From: Heterodontus francisci
Lineage: Eukaryota
Assembly: GCF_036365525.1 (NCBI RefSeq)
Contig: NC_090404.1
Span: forward strand, 11,498,550 to 11,562,549
Length of the DNA stretch: 64,000 nucleotides
Reading direction: 5' to 3'
Shown: piece by piece, positions 48,008 to 60,584 of the stretch
Position numbering within the stretch: the first letter of the stretch is position 1
Layout of the letters: each line of letters starts with the position of its first letter
Position numbers and translations under genes: made by a program
The notes under the pieces: model-generated
Told to the model about the DNA's origin: nothing
The model's database searches: none
The model's input: only the letters and a program-made list of their open reading frames with translations

Positions 48008-48265
48008 TGTCTGATATAAACCAATCCCACAGTCACTGACACCAATCTCCCACTGTCTGATATAAACCAACCCCACAGTCACTGACACCAATCTCCCACT
48101 GTCTGATATAAACCAACTCCACTGTAACTGACAACAATCTCCTGTCTGATATAAACCAATCCCACAGTCACTGACACCAATCTCCTCCTGCCTGATATAA
48201 ACCAACCCCACAGTCACTGACACCAATCTCCACCTGTCTGATATAAACCAACCCCACAGTCACTG
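48008..48265 (+). repeat. ~46-bp minisatellite, ~5.7 units
   Basis: Unit tgtctgatataaaccaa(t/c)cccacagtcactgacaccaatctcc(n3). Confidence 0.9.
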
Positions 48266-51157
48266 GCAGGGGAATGGAAACCAGAGAGTGAGCTCAGATT
48301 GGAGGGAAGCAAAACTGGTAACTTGTCAGGGGCTTGGGAACCAGAGAGGAATACCAAGATGTACAGAATACTATGAGAAATAGATAGCACTAGAGTAGGG
48401 AATAGTAAGTTATTAGGTGGGATCAGAGCAAGAGAGAAATTACTAAAGTCTTAATCAGGTTTAATATGCATGTATGTGAATGCATGGAGTGTTGTTAATA
48501 AGATTGGTGAGGTACAGGCGCAGAAATACCATGATGAAATATGATGTTGTGACTATAATAGACACCTGGCACAAAAAAGAGCAGGACTGGGTGTGAAATG
48601 TTCCTGGTGCTTAGGAAAGATAGAAAAGGGAAAAAAGCAGAAAGGCAAGCATTGCAGTGCTGGAGAAAAAGGATGTCCCAGAGGCGTCGAGGACAGAATC
48701 AAGTTGGCTAGAGTTTAGGAACAAAAAAAGGTGCGGTTACATTGCTTGGTGTTGTCTATAGGCCACCAGCTAGTGGGAAAGATGTGGAGGAACAAATTTG
48801 CAAGCAAATTACAGAGAGGTGCAAAATTATAGGGTAGTTATAATGGGGGACTAACCATAGACTGGGATAGTAGTAGTGTAAAGGGCAATGAGGGGCAAGA
48901 GTTCCTAGAATGCATTCAGGAAAGTTTTCTACAACTGTATGTTTCTAGTCCAACGAGAAAGGAGGCACTGCTAGAACTGGTTCTTGGGAATGAGGTGGAC
49001 CAAGTATCAGTAGGAAATCAATTAGGGGACTCTGATCATTGTATCATAAGGTTTAGGCTGATATAGAAAAGGACAAAGAACAACCCAGAATAAGAATAAT
49101 TAATTGGGGGAATCCAACTTCAATGGGGTAAGCATGGAGTTGAGGCAAATAAATTGGAGTGAAAGGTTGGCAGGAAAAACAGTAGTGGAACACTGGGCTA
49201 CCTTCAAAGAGGAGATAGTTCAGGCACAGTCAAGGTATGTTCCCTCAAAGGGGAAAGGTAGAGCAAACAAATCCAGAGTTCCCTGGATGACAAAAGAGGT
49301 AGCGATTAAGATAAAGAAAATGTGTGCTTATGACAGATGCCAGGTAGAAAATTCTATTGAGAACTTGGCTGAATATAGAAGGTCCAGAGGGGAAGTGTAA
49401 AAGCAAATAAGAGAAGCGAAGAGAGAGCATGAAAAGAGACTGACAGCTAACATTAAAGGGAATCCCAAAGTTTTCGATAGACTGATAAATAGTAAAAGGG
49501 TTGTAAAAGGAGAAGTGAGGCCAATTAGGGACCATAAAGGGGACTTACACAACCCAAGCAATGGTGAAACAGGAGGTAATCCAGACACTAGAAAGGTGTA
49601 AAGTTGATAAAAACGACATATTTAAAAGGCTGTCTGTGTTTAAAGTGGATAAAGCACCAGGGCCGGAAGAGATGCATCCAAGGATAAGGAGGGAAGTGAG
49701 GGTGGAAATCGCAGAGGCACTGACCATAATTTTTCAGTCTTCCTTAGACTCTCCAGAGGACTGGAGAATTGCAAACATTACACCTTTGTTCAAGAAGGGT
49801 GCAACGATAAGTCCAGCAACTACAGGCCAGTCAGTTAAACGTCGGTAGTGGGAAAACTTCTAGAAATAATCATTTGGTACAAAATTAATAGTCACATGGA
49901 CAAATATGGATTAATTAAGGAAAGCCAGCACAGATTTCTTAAAGGAAAATCATGTTTAACTAACTTGCTGGAGTTTTTTGAAGAGAGAACAGGGAGGGTT
50001 GATGAGGGCAATGCTATTGAGGTGGTGTACATGGACTTTCAAAAGGCGTTTGATACAGTGCCACCCAACAGACTTAAGAGCAAGGTTATAGCTCATGGAA
50101 TAGAAAGGATGGTAGTAACATGGATAGAGAATTGACTGAGTGACAGGAAATAAAGCGTAGTGGTTAATGGATGTTTTTCAGGCCAGAGGAAGGTTTGTAG
50201 TGGAGTTCCCCAGAGGTCAACGTTGGGACCCTTGCTTTTCCCGATATATATTAATGACCTCGACCTTGGTGTACAGGGCACAAATTCAAAGTTTGCAGAT
50301 GATATGAAACTTGGAAGCACTGTGAACTGTAAGGATAGTGTAGAACTTCAAAAGGACACAGCCAAGTTGGTGGAATGGGCAGACAGGTGGCAGATGAAAT
50401 TCAATGCAGAGAAATGTGAAGTGATTCATTTTGGTAGGAAGAACATGGAATATAAAATAAAAGGTACAATTCTAAAGGAGGTGCAGGTTCAGAGGGACCT
50501 GATTGTATATGTAATAAGTCATTGAAGATGGCAGGACAGATTGAAAGAGCGGTTAATAAAGCATACAGTATCCTGGGCTTTATTAATAGGGACAGAGAGT
50601 ACAAAAACAAGGAAGTTATGTTGAACTTGTATAAGACACTCGTTCGGCCTCAGCTGGAGTGTCGTATCCAGTTCTGGACGCCACACTTTAGGAAAGATGC
50701 GGGGGCGTTAGAAAGAGTACAGAAAATATTCATAAGAATGGTTCCCGGGATGAGGAACTTCAGTTATGAAAATAGATTGGACAAGTTAGGACTGTTTTCC
50801 TTGAAGAGAAGGCTGAGAGCTGATTTGATAGCGGTGTTCAAAATCATGAGGGGTCTGGACAGAGTAGATAAAGAGAAACAGTTCCCATTCATGAAAAGAT
50901 CGAAAACGAGAGGACACAGATGTAAAGTATTTGGTGAAAGAAACAAAAGTGACAGGAGGATAAACTTTCACACAGCGAGTGGTTAAGGTTTGGAATGCAC
51001 TGCCTAAGAAAGTGGTGGAGGCAGGTTCAATTGAAGCATTCAAAAGGGAATTAGACAGTTATATGAAAAGGAAGAATGAATTGCTCTTTTGGAGAGCCGG
51101 TGTGGATATGATGGGCTGAATGGCCTCCTTTTGCACTGTAACAATTCTGTGATTCTG
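48266..51157 (+). mobile_element. CR1 LINE, near-complete but disrupted ORF2 (APE + RT) and 3' end
   Basis: CMYVNAWS, GVVYRPP, DSDH, KAPGP, YMDFQKAFD, KFADD, tail ttctgtgattctga. Confidence 0.9.
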
Positions 51158-51734
51158 AATCTCCTCCTGTCTGAGATAAACTAACCCTATAGGCCCAGAA
51201 AGATTAAAGTCATCCCATTACTTGGACTGGATTTATCCAGCCCATACCAAGGGGACTGCTATACCTGACAGGAGGGATAATATTTTGGGACTCTTGATTC
51301 TCCATTAATTCCCATTCCCCTTCTTTCTGGTGGATAATGGAGGTGCCACTGTGTATAATGTGCAAGTTAGAAAGAATTGTCAGCAAGGATTGATCAGCAT
51401 TTTCTAACTGGAGAGGTTACTCAGCGAAACTTTTTCAGACACTGAATTGTAGATTTTGTACCAAATCCTATTTCGGATTGAAGTCAGACTTCATAATATT
51501 GTTATAAACGGATTTGTGATGAGAATTCTGAATTCAGGGGCATGATCACAGACTGCGGCTCTTAAAGGGACACTGCAGCCCCGAGCTCACAGTCAGCTAT
51601 ATATGCAGAATTGTAAACTCCAGCCCAGTTATACGGTTAATAATATCAGCAGAAACAAACCTGCTCGGTCAGAATGAATATGAATCAGTCCTGTGATTAA
51701 CAGTCGCAATAACAGCAGAATGCAACTCCTACAG

Positions 51735-52325
51735 TCACTTATGAACTTGTTGGTGTGTCAGCAGGTGGGATAGCTGAGTGAATCCCTTCTCACACACTGA
51801 ACAGGTGAACGGCCTCTCCTGAGTGTGAATTCGCTGATGTGTCAGAAGGTTGGATGATGTTGTGAATCCTTTCTCACACACGGAGCAGATGAACGGCCTC
51901 TCCCCAGTGTGAACACGCTGGTGTGTCAGAAGGTTCGATGAATTAGTGAATCTTTTTTCACACACAGAGCAGATGAACGGCCTTTCCCCAGTGTGAACTC
52001 GCTGGTGTGTCAGCAGTTGGGATAACTGAGTGAATCCTTTCCCGCAAACAGAGCAAGTGAATGGCTTCTCCCCAGTGTGAACTCGCTGGTGTACCAGTAG
52101 CTCGGACGACTGAGTGAATCCCTTTCCACAGACACGACAGATGAAAGGTCTCTCCCCAGTGTGAAATCGCTGGTGTCTCAACAGAGTGGTTGACTGAGTG
52201 AATCCCTTTCCACACAAGGAGCAGGTGAACGGCTTCTCCCCAGTATGACTGCGTCGATGAATTTCCAGCAGGGATGGATAATTGAATCCCTTCCCACAGT
52301 CCCCACATTTACATGGTTTCTCTGT
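51735..52325 (-). CDS. C2H2 ZNF array E, 7 fingers, open frame, ACA at the family start position, no in-frame ATG
   Basis: [27 protein letters not shown]... HQQVHK-stop. Confidence 0.7.
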   Translation of the reverse strand, partial: TEKPCKCGDCGKGFNYPSLLEIHRRSHTGEKPFTCSLCGKGFTQSTTLLRHQRFHTGERPFICRVCGKGFTQSSELLVHQRVHTGEKPFTCSVCGKGFTQLSQLLTHQRVHTGERPFICSVCEKRFTNSSNLLTHQRVHTGERPFICSVCEKGFTTSSNLLTHQRIHTQERPFTCSVCEKGFTQLSHLLTHQQVHK

Positions 52326-52579
52326 GGTGCTTGTGCCCTTGTGCCTCTCCAGGTTGGAAAATCAGTTTAAGTCTTGCCCAGACACAGAACACATGTACTT
52401 TTTTTTCCCGCACTGTGATCGTACAATGAGTTTTTCAAGCTGTGTAACTGCTTAAAATATTTCTCCTTCCATCTTCAAAGGCCAATGATATTCAGATCCT
52501 GATGAAATGAGTTTATCTGTGATATCTTGACATGTTTAGTTTTAAGTTTCCCATTCTGAAATCCTCCCCTTCTAATACC

Positions 52580-53200
52580 CTATAAAAGGAGTTTACAACA
52601 GTCATCACTGTAAGTACAGGATAGAAATTCAGAACAGACAATTCTAGTTTCTATGGAACATATTTTCCTCTCTTGTTTTCCCCAAAGCTGTAAATCCCCG
52701 TCCCGCACATTCTCCCTCCTCCCTGTGCTAAAATCCAAAAACATCGACTCTGGCTGGGTTCAGTTCTCCAGCCTCTGTGTGCAGAGTGAGAATCAAATCA
52801 ATGAGTCAATGATTTTCTCTCCTGGTCATTGGGACCTGAAGCCCCGCCTACTCTGTGTCGTCACCAAGATGGTCGCGCATGCGCTCTGCTCCCCGCTCAA
52901 ACAAAATGGTGGTTTTAGAGATAGATGGGCCCGTTCCCGGGAAAAAGCCCCGGAACTGGAAACGCGGGACCTGGAGATTATTATTCGGGGCTTGCGGCCA
53001 TCACCAGGTGTTTCTGAAGCCTTGCCGCCCACCCGCCGGCTCCATTCCTCGCCTGCGTCCCGCCGACTCTCACCCGCTGCGAAAGCGTCTCCAGCATTCG
53101 CACAGCTCTGATCAAAGTGACACTGCGCATGCTCCAGCCACAGTCTAACTCTGCGTCTGCGTACTGGGCTCCCTGGGAATTCCGGCAGCCGCAAGGGAAG
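52580..53200 (-). promoter_or_regulatory. Module Z copy (complete), upstream of ZNF E
   Basis: GCATGCGCAGT, donor GCGG|GTGAGA ~53074, CGCATGCGC, acceptor 'ccttttatAG' at 52580. Confidence 0.65.
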
Positions 53201-53204
53201 GTTC

Positions 53205-53930
53205 AGCGACTTCGGCCATCTTTGTAAGGGGTGGCTAAAGGGTAAAAGTAAGCCAGCAGTAAAATGAAAATATACCTGCATAATATTTGCCCAAGAAGAA
53301 CTACAAATGTGGTCCATAACAACTGGGAAAGAATAAAGACTTTTTTTTTACAAAATAAGTCATATTGTCAAACGTCTTACAGGACGTGGCTTCCATCTTT
53401 CTGTGGAGCAACGCAGCTTCATTTCGCCTAGCTGAATGTCCTTGGAGCGGACGTTCCCTGAGCAAAGATGGGGGCGGGGTTTGCAAATCACCGAGGCCGT
53501 CTGACGTTTCAGCCCCAACCACAGCCGGTGCGCATGCGCGAGTGACGGTTGTCGGGGGCGCGTGGTGGATTTTTTTTCGAATCGAAGTTTGAGCGGGAAA
53601 CGGTTAACGGTCGCCGGCGTTGCCATGGCTGCGGGGGCGGGGCTTGGTAACGGCGCGTGCCGGCGCAGGTGGGCCAACGAGCTCGAGCTGAGCAGCAGCA
53701 GGTGAGCGGCCAGGAGCAAGGCCGCGGAGAGAGCCTGGGGCTCGAGTGGGAGGCGGTAGCTGGCAGGCCCCTCTCCTGGGGAGGACACCACTCTGACTGG
53801 GGCCACCCAAAACACTCAAACACGGGGATTTTAATGTCACAGCCTTTGAGGGGGAGGCAATGGGTGCGAGAAAACCTGGTTGATAATTACTGAGCTTGGA
53901 TGGGTTTTGGTGTCTCCAGTGGGTGGGCTT
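53205..53930 (+). promoter_or_regulatory. CpG-island module X copy 3 with micro-exon (ATG 53625, donor after 53701)
   Basis: MAAGAGLGNGACRRRWANELELSSS-AG|GTGAGC; TGCGCATGCGC, GCGGGAAA, AACGGTTAACGG, ACTACA. Confidence 0.65.
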
Positions 53931-53979
53931 CAAGGGACATTAACAAACCCAATTTTATGCTATTTGGTCCTTTATCTCT

Positions 53980-54125
53980 TTGCGGGATCTTTCCGTGCAC
54001 AGCTTGGGCTGCCCACATTATCCTATATTACAGGAGTGCGTACTCATTTTAAAGGCCCCTAATTGGCTGTAAAGCACTTTGGAACATCCTGAGGTCAGGA
54101 AAGGTGCTGTCTCAATGAATGTTCT
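53980..54125 (+). mobile_element. DeuSINE-like (AmnSINE/SacSINE-type) fragment with L2-type tail
   Basis: 'attggctgtaaagcactttggaacatcctgaggtcaggaaaggtgct'. Confidence 0.55.
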
Positions 54126-54289
54126 CCGGCAATCCAGCAGCTTCATGGTCACTTCTGCTGACAACCAGCTTTTTTATTTCCAGATTTTGACTTCCAATTC
54201 TCACACTGCCATGACGGGATTTGAACTTTCAGCCTCTGGATTAGTGTAGCAGAGCCACGACTGAGTGCTGTGTGACAGAGTGTTTAATA

Positions 54290-56740
54290 GGAGAATTTGG
54301 GAATTTCAAGGGTTGATTTTCTAAAATCTTGTCAAGTTGCCATTTCGTGTTTAACTTGACTTTAACATTAAATTGTAGTTCCTTTCAGTCTTAGCCAGTG
54401 GTAAACAAGCTGCCTGCTAGTGTCAGCTGCAGTTATTTACTTAGGTCGCAAGTTAAAACTGTTTCCCTAATCAGCAGGGCCTGACTTAGGTCTCTCTGGA
54501 ATTCTAGCCAGTATAAATACAGGAGCTTTTGTGGATACACAAAGTAAGCAGCACAAAAATCTGCTTGACTGCGAGACAGAGGGCTGAACTTGGGAATTTG
54601 CTAAATGTGGGAATTTGGTGCAGTGCAGGAGGAGGTGCTGTTCTGGTGTTTGATGGAACAAGCAGTGATCCAAGAGAGGGAGCCGGAGGCAGTGAGAGCG
54701 GAGAGCTGAATCCCAGAGGCATTAGTTAGGGAAAAGGTAGGTGACTGGTTGGTGAGTTTTAATTTTTTCCCTTTCTAAACTGGGTCAGTAGTTTAAACTG
54801 GTATTGGGGAGATGTAAGTATTAAGTTACATTTGTAGGTTCATTAGTTCAACTACTTTAAAATAAACTACACATTATTAGTGATATTTCTAAACTTGAAA
54901 CCTAATTAATTAAATAAAGCACAATAGAGATGGCAGGGTAGGTGATGTTTTGCAGCTGTGGCATGTGGGAGCTGGTGGATACCAGTGTGATCCACTGCAG
55001 CCACATCTGCAGTAAGTGTTTGCAGCTCGGAGAGCTTCATCTCAGAGTTGATGAACTAGAATCTGAAATTCGGATACCGATGCATCAGGGAGGGGGAAAG
55101 TTACCTGGATGTTTTGTTCCAGGAGGCAGTCACACCCCTTAGGATAGGTACTTCAGATTTGGTCCGTGATCAGGGACAGGCAAGTGAGGCAGGTATGGGG
55201 ATTCAGAAGGTAGCACTGGAGGAACCTCAGACCTTGCACTTGTCCAAGAGGTTTGAGGTTCTTGCAGCTTGCGTGGACAAGAGCAGGGACTGCAGGGTGG
55301 ATGAGAAAACTAACCACAGTAACATGCTGCAGGGGACCATTCAAGTGGGGGGAGTAAAAGCGAATGTTGTTGTAGTCGAGGACAGTATAGTTAGGGGGAG
55401 AAATACTGTTCTTTGCAGCTGAGAGCATGAATCCCAAAGGCTGCGTTGTCTGCCCAGAGCCAGGATTAAGGGCATCTCCTTGGGGCTGAAGAAGTTGGAG
55501 TGGGAGGGGAAAGATCCAGTTGTCGTGGTCCATGTTTGTGCCAACAACATAGGGAGGACTAAGAAAGAGGTTCTGCTGAGGGAGTATGAGCAGCTAGGGA
55601 CTAAATTTAAAAAGAAGATCCACAAAGGTAATAATCTCTGGGTCCCACATGGCAGACTGGTTAAAAAAACAAAATCCCGTGGGATACAGGGAAATGCAGC
55701 AAGGTGGATACAAAATTGGCTCAGTGGTAGGAAACAAAGGGTAATTGTTGATGGCTGTTTTAGCGACTGGAGGGGTGTTTCCAGCCGTGTTCCTCAGGCC
55801 TCATTGCTTGGTCCCGTGCTTTTTGTTGTGTATATTAATTATTTGAACGTAAATGTAGGGGGCATGATCAAGAATTTTGCGGACAAAGATTGGCCGTGTG
55901 GTGGATAGCTGTAGGCTGCAGGAAGATATTGATGGTCCGGTCAGATGGGCAGAAAAGTGACAAATGGAAATCACTTGGAGAAGTGTGAGGTGATGCATTT
56001 GGGGAGGTCAAACAAGGCAAAGGAATACACTATTAATGGGAAAATGGTGAGAAGTGTAGAGGAAGTAAGGGACCTTGGAGGGAATGTCCACAGATCCCTG
56101 AAGATAGCAGGACAGGTCGATAAAGTGGTTAAGAAGGCATATGGAATCCTTTCCTTTATTAGTCGAGGTATAGAATACAAGAGCAGGGAGGTTATGCTGG
56201 AACTGTATAACTCATTGGTTAGGCTGCAGCTTGAGTACTGTGTGCAGTTCTGGTCGCCTCATTATAGAAAGGATGTAATTGCACTAGAGAGGGTACAGAG
56301 GAGATTTATGAGGATGTTGCCAGGATTGGAAAAGTGCAGCAATGAGGAAAGATTAGATAGGCTGGGATTGTTCTCCTTGGAACAGAGAAGGCTGAGGGGA
56401 CATCTGATTGAAATGTACAAAGTTGTGAGGGGCCTGGATAGAGTGGAGGTGAAGGGTTTATTCACCTTAGAAGAGAGATCAGTGACGAGGGGGGGCATAG
56501 ATTTAAAGTGATTGGTAGAAACATTAGAGGGGAGATGAGGAAAAACTTTTTCAGCCAGAGGACGGTGATGGTTTGGAACTCACTGCCTGAAGAGTCTGGA
56601 TATGCACCTCAAGTGCCGTAAGCTGCAGGACCAAATGCTGGAAGGTGGCATTAGAATAGGTGGATTGTTTTTCAACCGGCACAGACACGATGGGCCAAGT
56701 GGCTTCTTTCTGTGCCTTAAACTTTACAATTCTATGATTC
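54290..56740 (+). mobile_element. CR1 LINE with 5' UTR, disrupted ORF1 esterase, internal deletion, RT C-terminal half and 3' end
   Basis: CCSC.MWE..CSKC-like start, VVVVEDSIVRG, PVVVVHV..NNIG fused to VPHGRLVKK, EERLDRLGLFSLEQRRLRG. Confidence 0.8.
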
Positions 56741-57099
56741 TGAGCCACAAGCAAATTGGCTTAGGGTAAATAGGATCAGAGTGTTGAATGTATGACTCAA
56801 AAATTGGTGTGGGAGAAATGGGTTTTGGTTCATGGCTCACTGGCAACAGTACTGGAGAAAGAGGGAGCTGTACTGTTGGCATGGTCTTCATCTGAACTGT
56901 GTTGGAGCCAATGTTGGGCTGCAGAGAGGGCTTTAAAACTAAATAGGTTGGCAGGGTGTGGTGGCGTGAGGGTCCAAGTGAAGGGAGATTTGAAAAGTTA
57001 AAGAGAAAGGACAAGGCTACAGTGCAGGGTAGTGATACAGATATTGGTAACCAGGCTGTGACAGGAAGGGACAGAGCTTACAAACATAAGAGTGCACCA

Positions 57100-58140
57100 A
57101 CAGCTAACATCTGGGGGCTTGTGCCAAAGTTGGGAGAGCTGTCCTACAGACTGGTCAAGCAACAGCCTGATATAGTCATACTCACGGAATCATACCTTAC
57201 AGACAAAGTCCCAGACACTGCCATCACCATACCCGGGTATGTCCTGTCCCACCGGCAGGACAGACCCAGCAGAGGTGTCGGCACAGTGGTATACAGTCGG
57301 GAGGGAGTTGCCCTGGGAGTCCTCAACATCAGCTCTGGACCCCATGAAACCTCATGACATCAGGTCAAACATGGGTAAGGAAACCTCCTGCTGATTACCA
57401 CCTACTGCCCTCCCTCAGCTGTTGAGTCAGTACTCCTCCATTTTGAACACGACTTGGAGGAAGCACTGAGGGTGGAAAGGGCGTAAAATGGACTCTGGGT
57501 GGGAACTTCAATGTCCATCACCAAGAGTGACTCAGCGGCAACACTACTGATCGAGTTGGCCGAGTCCTAAGGGACATAGCTGCTAGACTGAGTATGCGGC
57601 AGGTGGTGAGGGAAAAACATACTTGACCTCATCCTCACCAATCTGCCCACCGCAGATGCATCTGTTCATGACAGTATTGGTAGGAGTGACCATGCAGAGT
57701 CCCTGTGGAGATGAAGTCCCACCTTCACATTGAGGATACCCTCCATCGTGTTGTGTGGCACCACCACCATGCTAAATGGAATAGATTTCAACAAGATCTA
57801 GCAGTGCAGAACTGGGCATCCATGAGGTGCTGTGGGCCATCAGCAGCAGACTTGTGCTCAACCGCAATCTGTAACCTCATGGCCCGGCATATCCCCCACT
57901 CTACCATTACCATCAAGCCGGGAGATCAACCCTGGTTCAATGAAGAGTGCAGGAGGGCATGCCAGGAGCAGCACCAGGCATAACTCAAAATGAGATGTAC
58001 AACCCAGGACTACTTGCGCACCAGACTGCATAAGCAGCATGCGAAGCGATCCCATAACCAATGGATCAGATCTAAGCTCTTCAGTCCTGCCACATCCAGC
58101 CGCGAATGGTGAAGGGCAATTAAACAACTAACTGGAGGAG
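57100..58140 (+). mobile_element. LINE family B endonuclease region
   Basis: ANIWGL...QPDIVILTESYL, RQDR...G, LDLILTN, GRSDH, PWFNEECRRA. Confidence 0.8.
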
Positions 58141-58363
58141 AACAACACCCGTGTCTCGGCAGCTCTTAGACCACGAATCAGAAGGACATTAGTGAACCAT
58201 TTGGGTTTTTATGATAATCCAGCAGCTTCCATGGTCACTTTTTCCTGATGCCGGCCCCACAAATTACCAGATTGATTCAGCTCAATTACACAACCTGTCT
58301 TTGTGTTTTTGTGGGTTCTTTCACATGTTCCCTTTTTCCTGTTTTAAATTCATTATTTTACAG

Positions 58364-59560
<1,197 letters not shown>

Positions 59561-60584
59561 CTGCAGAGGTTGGATTCTGCTGTTATTGCTGTTGTTAATC
59601 ACATGCAGGATTGAACCATGTTCATTCTGACAGTTGTGTTTTATTTATGATGTCCGTAACCCTTACTGGACTTAGCATGTGTCCCACAGCATCTCTCAAT
59701 CATGTGTGAATAGACCATGGTGTCTGCAATCTCATTTTAAATTTAAATCTACTCAGCAAATGTATTGAACAAAAGATGAACAGCTCTATATTGACAGGAG
59801 AAAGTCTGTTCTGTAGCTCGAGGATGAGATTGTGTAAGCTCTGAATGTTGGTAATCACAAGTAGACCCGTGGATAACAAAGTAAGTTAAGGAGAGTATCA
59901 AATCAAAAACAAAGGTGTATAAAGCGGCAAAAGCTCGTGGTAGGCCAGAGGATTGGGAATTTTTTTAGAAACCAGCAGCAGATGACTAAAAACTAATAGA
60001 GAGAGTGTAAATTGGCAAGAAATATAAAAACAAACAGTGAGAGCTTCTACAGGTATATAAAAAGGAAGAGAGTAGCTCAAGTAAGTGTGGGACCCTTAGA
60101 GGATGCGACTGGGGAATTAGTGACAGGGAATAGGGAAATGGCAGATAATTTAAACCAATATTTTGCATCGGTCTTCACGGTGGAGGACACTATAAACATC
60201 CCAACAATAATAGATTAGCAAGGTGTAAATGGGAGGGAGGAAAGTCGCCAGGACCAGATGGCCTGCATCCAAGGGTTTTAAAAGAAATGGCTGCAAAGGC
60301 ACTTGAAGGAAATAAACTTGCAGGGCTGCAGGGATTGAGTTGGGGAGTGGAACTGACTGGATGATCTGGAGAGATAATATGGACTCGATGGACTGAATGG
60401 TCTCCTCCTATGCCGTAATTGACTCTAATGAGAGATAGTGGATGCATTGGTTGTAATGTTCAAAAATTCCCTCGATTCTGGAAAGGTCTCAGCGGATTGG
60501 AAAACTGCAAATATAATGCCCCTATTCAAGAAAGGAGGGAGACAGAAAGCAGGAAACTATAGACCAGTTAACCTAACATCTGTC

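Noticed and set aside
48008-48265. CRISPR-like array
   Set aside because: Head-to-tail minisatellite without unique spacers; vertebrate context, no cas genes.
55620-55660. Fusion ORF joining CR1 ORF1 esterase to RT
   Set aside because: An internal deletion junction in a dead element with many other frameshifts.
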